Source: an uncultured virus (IMG/VR IMGVR_UViG_3300000868_000017)
Taxonomy: Duplodnaviria; Heunggongvirae; Uroviricota; Caudoviricetes; Thumleimavirales; Hafunaviridae
Virus record (IMG/VR): IMGVR_UViG_3300000868_000017
Reading direction: 5' to 3' (one strand)
DNA length: 20,000 nucleotides
Part shown: positions 16,852 through 20,000 of the stretch, piece by piece
Layout of the letters: every line of letters begins with the position of its first letter
Numbering within the stretch: position 1 is the stretch's first letter
Translations under genes and position numbers: made by a program
The notes under the pieces: generated by a model
Told to the model about the DNA's origin: nothing
The model's database searches: none
What the model saw: only the letters and a program-made list of their open reading frames with translations

Positions 16852-17082
16852 CGACGAAACATCCGAATTAGCTCGCGAGAACGCACAACGCGGGCGAAAT
16901 ATCTATCTTAGATATATACTCTAAGAAGTTACCTACGTTGAGTTTTACCACATCGAGGGTTGTTCACTCAACTAAGACAGTACCGTAGTAGAACACTTAG
17001 AGTTAAACACAGAGTAGTGAATAACCTGTGAGGATTTTTAACAGCAAGTGGTTTTTCAGTACCCCACATCAAACATCAGGGT

Positions 17083-17559
17083 ATGTCGTCTGACCAACCG
17101 GATGGGGTTATGACTCTGGAACTTTCCGGGGAAGATGGACTCCACGCCTTCAACCAGTTCATCAAGGAAGCGGGATTCGCTGATTCAGTCGAATCAATCA
17201 GCGTCAGAATCGAAGCTGACTCTCCGATTGACTTGACGGAATACATCACGGGCGAATCCATAGAGCCGAAAGAATCCGAAGACGACGACCCCGAGATCGT
17301 CAACTTCGAGGAGGGGTCGCGGACGCGGATGCTCGCTGAATTTCTATACGAACACAACGGCGAGAAGTGGCATACGACGACTGAGATCAGGGAAAAGCTC
17401 CCTGAGGATTCAGAAATAGACCCGGACGACGTGAGCCAAATTCTGTGGGAACTTTCGGAGCGCGACGTTGTGGAGAAACAGCCTCACGATGGAGACGGGC
17501 GGAAGAAGGAATACCGACTGAACGAGCGTGGGATGAAATCGGTGGACGACCTGTTATAG
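17083..17559 (+). CDS. Winged-helix (MarR-like) transcriptional regulator
   Basis: C-terminal TTTEIREKL...VSQILWELSERDVVEK...DGRKKEYRLNERG is a wHTH/wing pattern. Confidence 0.75.
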   Translation: MSSDQPDGVMTLELSGEDGLHAFNQFIKEAGFADSVESISVRIEADSPIDLTEYITGESIEPKESEDDDPEIVNFEEGSRTRMLAEFLYEHNGEKWHTTTEIREKLPEDSEIDPDDVSQILWELSERDVVEKQPHDGDGRKKEYRLNERGMKSVDDLL

Positions 17560-17563
17560 AAAC

Positions 17564-18133
17564 TCACGAGGAAGGGAGTCTCTTGCGAATGGCTTTGTGG
17601 AACCACTCCCCTCTCTCCATATCTCTGTTATTCCACTCTCTGCGCTGGATTCTAAATAGATACTTCAACTCGTGGAATATCCAAGCAATCCAAGATATGA
17701 GGACAAATCCAGCGAATAGGTACTGGATGGTCGGATTCAACTGATACGATTGTAGAAGGAATAGTAGTCCAGAAAACAGCAGGAGGCCCGAGTATCTGAG
17801 TGCGGTGATTTGTAGATGGAATAGAACCACTCGAACGTCGCTAAAGAGTTCTAGAATGAATGTTAGCATCAAGAAACCAGCACAGAGACTCAAGATACCA
17901 ATTGTGAGTTCCTGATAGTAGCCCATCTCAGTATCTTCCAAGACAAATTGAATTATAACTAAAACAATAGCAAAGAGAGCTATCGACTCGGATGCAGTTC
18001 TATCAACCACAGACATTGAATCCTTAGATGAAGGAGCCTCGCTGATTGATGCTGGATTAATCAAAATCTGGACGACGGGTACGAATATAAAAATGCCAAG
18101 TAAAACAAGATACACCTCACCAATAGAGATCAT
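17564..18133 (-). CDS. Hypothetical multi-pass membrane protein (~5 TM, 189 aa)
   Basis: The ATG at 18133 is 4 nt after the stop of micro-ORF 5. It has five hydrophobic stretches, a basic C-terminal tail and low GC. Confidence 0.8.
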   Translation of the reverse strand: MISIGEVYLVLLGIFIFVPVVQILINPASISEAPSSKDSMSVVDRTASESIALFAIVLVIIQFVLEDTEMGYYQELTIGILSLCAGFLMLTFILELFSDVRVVLFHLQITALRYSGLLLFSGLLFLLQSYQLNPTIQYLFAGFVLISWIAWIFHELKYLFRIQRREWNNRDMERGEWFHKAIRKRLPSS

Positions 18134-18137
18134 CAAA

Positions 18138-18248
18138 CTATTCTCGATGTTCAAAACAGTAGTCGTGTTCTCGTCCTACTGCTGTTTTACATCCTGATTC
18201 AGCACAGGTCTTCTGTAACGCTTCAGTTTCAAATTCGTCGTCAGACAT
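18138..18248 (-). CDS. CCCH zinc-finger microprotein, array copy 5 (36 aa)
   Basis: MSDDEFETEALQKTCAESGCKTAVGREHDYCFEHRE*. Confidence 0.85.
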   Translation of the reverse strand: MSDDEFETEALQKTCAESGCKTAVGREHDYCFEHRE

Positions 18249-18250
18249 AA

Positions 18251-18364
18251 TCACTCACGATGTTTTGGACAAAATTCGTGTTCTCGACCAATCGGGGTAT
18301 CGCACCCCGATTTAGCACATAGACTGAGCTTTTGATCTATTCCAAGGGGGTCATCTTCAGACAT
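18251..18364 (-). CDS. CCCH zinc-finger microprotein, array copy 4 (37 aa)
   Basis: MSEDDPLGIDQKLSLCAKSGCDTPIGREHEFCPKHRE*. Confidence 0.85.
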   Translation of the reverse strand: MSEDDPLGIDQKLSLCAKSGCDTPIGREHEFCPKHRE

Positions 18365-18366
18365 AT

Positions 18367-18483
18367 TCACTCTCGATGCTTTGGACAGAATTTGTGTTCT
18401 CGCCCAATGCTGGCTTTACAACCGTCTTCGAGGCACACTTTGACGTTAGCGGCGATATGCGGGTTTCCTTTATCATCAGACAT
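18367..18483 (-). CDS. CCCH zinc-finger microprotein, array copy 3 (38 aa)
   Basis: MSDDKGNPHIAANVKVCLEDGCKASIGREHKFCPKHRE*. Confidence 0.85.
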   Translation of the reverse strand: MSDDKGNPHIAANVKVCLEDGCKASIGREHKFCPKHRE

Positions 18484-18494
18484 AGTTGACTAGA

Positions 18495-18605
18495 TTAGTC
18501 CTCGCGGTGTTTCAAACAGTAATCATGCTCTCGACCAACGCGCCTTCCACAGCTATCTTCTCTGCACGCTCTTTGTAGTTCCCGTCGATCATCATCTCCA
18601 GACAT
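18495..18605 (-). CDS. CCCH zinc-finger microprotein, array copy 2 (36 aa)
   Basis: MSGDDDRRELQRACREDSCGRRVGREHDYCLKHRED*. Confidence 0.85.
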   Translation of the reverse strand: MSGDDDRRELQRACREDSCGRRVGREHDYCLKHRED

Positions 18606-18715
18606 TATTCTCGATGTAGAGGACAGTAATCGTCCTCCTTGCCAACTTGATTGTCACAGCCGGATTCTAAACACGTCTTGTATTTTCTAATCGGTTCTCT
18701 GTCGTCCCCGCTCAT
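18605..18715 (-). CDS. CCCH zinc-finger microprotein, array copy 1 (36 aa)
   Basis: MSGDDREPIRKYKTCLESGCDNQVGKEDDYCPLHRE*, with a TAATG overlap on copy 2. Confidence 0.85.
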   Translation of the reverse strand: MSGDDREPIRKYKTCLESGCDNQVGKEDDYCPLHRE

Positions 18716-18806
18716 GCCTTAAGGCTGTAAACCTCAATACATTAGTTTTGCGGGAGTGAAAGGGAGAATATCGGATTTTACCTTCCTCGTTGGCAGATAT
18801 AAATGC

Positions 18807-20000
18807 CTACCAGATTTGTTCGACCGCGCTCCCTCGGGTGTCCGAGTCCGAGTGGAGGTACTTCATCGTCGTCGTGACGCTCTTGTGCCGGAGTTGTTCT
18901 TTCGCGTGGTGCGGGCCGACGTGGTTTGCCCAATACGTTGCTACGCCGTGTCGGATGGAGTACCACGAGATTTCGTTCTCGCGGTGTTCGGGAATCGGGA
19001 CGTTCCCCGACTCGATGATTCGATCAAGCAGACCGTTACACGAGTCGGAGTTGTACGGCTTCGCCTTCTGCGTGAGCCATAGATCGTCCCGACCGTCGTA
19101 CTTCTCCATCGTACTCCGCTCATTTATCCAACGTTCGAGGGCCTTCGCTGTCCGGCTCTGGATAGCGCAGTTCCAATGTCCCTCGTTCTTCGTGGATTCA
19201 GTCTTCGGGATGTTCAGCTCGTTATCTTCGAGGTTCACCCAAGACACCTTGGCGCGACCCACCTCGATGGGGCGGAGTCCCGTGTCCAGCGTCGTCGCAA
19301 TCATTGAGGGGTACTTCCACGAGTTTGCCCGTTTGAACTCCTCGGGGCCGACGTTCGACTTTGGGACTTGGAGCCGCTGAGAGACGTAGGACTTCAGCTC
19401 CTTGCGTTCCTCTGGTGAGCAGGAGTAGTAGCTCTTGACCGACGAGTGTTGGAGCGCGGCCTGATACAGCGGCTCGAACGCGGCGCGGCGTAGGTACTCT
19501 CGCTCATCGCCGTTGCTCGCGGAGAGTTCGAGATCGAGTTCCCACTCGTACTCCTTCCCGCGTGCGTGGTTGCAGAAGCGGAAGTACCGCTTGATGTCCT
19601 TCGCGTGGTGGAGTACGGTGCTGTCAATCATCGAGTCGGCCTGATTCAGGACGGTGATGAACTTGTCAGCGTGTTCGGGTGTGAACGTCGTGGTGTATTG
19701 GCCTTCGTACTTCCAGAGCCAGCGGAAGACGGTTTCGAGCTTGTAGTGGGTACTCTCAAGCGTGGTGGGGGCCAGCCCTTCGTGCTTGTCGGGGTTCTTC
19801 CCGTAGTTCCCGAGCCACGTCAGCACGTCCTTCTTGAAGTCTTGGTAGTCCTGAACCATGTTGAGGCCGAACTCCGCGAGGTCTTCGCGCGAGCGTTTGC
19901 TCACGAGGGGGAAGCTGAACTCGATGGGTTCGGGCGCGGGTGGTATATCCTCGGATGCCGCGCTCATTTTCATCCCTTCGAGCGGGTCGTCGCGGTTCAT
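18807..20000 (-). CDS. int: Tyrosine recombinase/integrase (may extend beyond the window)
   Basis: GLRPIE (R), IPK (K), YSIRH (H/Y-x-x-R), LRH and TTMKY (catalytic Tyr). The ATG is at the window edge. Confidence 0.92.
   Translation of the reverse strand: MNRDDPLEGMKMSAASEDIPPAPEPIEFSFPLVSKRSREDLAEFGLNMVQDYQDFKKDVLTWLGNYGKNPDKHEGLAPTTLESTHYKLETVFRWLWKYEGQYTTTFTPEHADKFITVLNQADSMIDSTVLHHAKDIKRYFRFCNHARGKEYEWELDLELSASNGDEREYLRRAAFEPLYQAALQHSSVKSYYSCSPEERKELKSYVSQRLQVPKSNVGPEEFKRANSWKYPSMIATTLDTGLRPIEVGRAKVSWVNLEDNELNIPKTESTKNEGHWNCAIQSRTAKALERWINERSTMEKYDGRDDLWLTQKAKPYNSDSCNGLLDRIIESGNVPIPEHRENEISWYSIRHGVATYWANHVGPHHAKEQLRHKSVTTTMKYLHSDSDTRGSAVEQIW

Larger units (their letters stand above)
18138..18715 (-). 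repeat. Five degenerate tandem coding units of about 110-122 bp
   Basis: Recurring + strand words CAGACAT, CTCGATG..., GACA.AAT and GTGTTCTCG correspond to the conserved peptide ends. Confidence 0.9.
1..20000. mobile_element. Haloarchaeal tailed virus or provirus segment
   Basis: Densely overlapping acidic ORFs, a viral replication set (PolB, AEP, MCM-like, Cas4-like, ThyX, Dcd), a tRNA and an integrase. No structural genes are in the window, so the family is not established. Confidence 0.85.

Noticed and set aside
18134..18154. Listed TTG start at 18154 for the membrane protein
   Set aside because: It overlaps micro-ORF 5. The ATG at 18133, directly after that stop, fits the operon packing better.
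18138..18715. CRISPR array or mini-array interpretation of the ~115 bp periodic repeats
   Set aside because: The repeats are degenerate, vary at synonymous positions and have too long a period. They are fully explained as five coding units.
18716..18806. att site next to the integrase
   Set aside because: No tRNA-3'-like sequence or match to the tRNA-Asn is visible. An att site may lie outside the window.
18807..19000. Integrase YSIRH in place of HxxR as a sign of inactivation or novelty
   Set aside because: The other catalytic residues are intact, and substitution at this His is tolerated in several tyrosine recombinases.
18138..20000. Integron-like cassette array served by the adjacent tyrosine recombinase
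   Set aside because: The ORFs overlap or are separated by at most 11 nt, leaving no room for attC-like sites, and no IntI-specific features were recognised. Tandem duplication is the simpler explanation.

Overview
This window looks like a segment of a haloarchaeal tailed-virus genome, possibly a temperate virus or provirus: it is GC-rich, the proteins are acidic, and the gene content resembles HF1/HF2-like haloviruses (inference). Positions 1-16800 are one + strand block of replication and nucleotide-metabolism genes. It contains tRNA-Asn(GTT), an MCM-like AAA+ ATPase, an AEP primase, an HTH-metallophosphoesterase, a phage Dam-type m6A methyltransferase, a Cas4/RecB-like nuclease, a TGT-like TIM barrel, PolB, an HNH endonuclease, a frameshifted DUF6884-like gene, ThyX and Dcd. 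Many unlisted Cys-rich micro-ORFs are coupled by overlapping stop/start codons, and a TATA-type intergenic motif recurs three times. The right end has an AT-rich control region, a wHTH regulator, a tyrosine integrase and a low-GC - strand cassette. That cassette is the most striking feature and is missed by the ORF track. It holds five tandem paralogous 36-38 aa genes (18138-18715), each with an acidic MSxD start, a hypervariable linker and a conserved C-x4-C-x3-[VI]G[RK]E-x2-[YF]C-x2-HRE tail, directly followed by a ~5-TM membrane protein gene.
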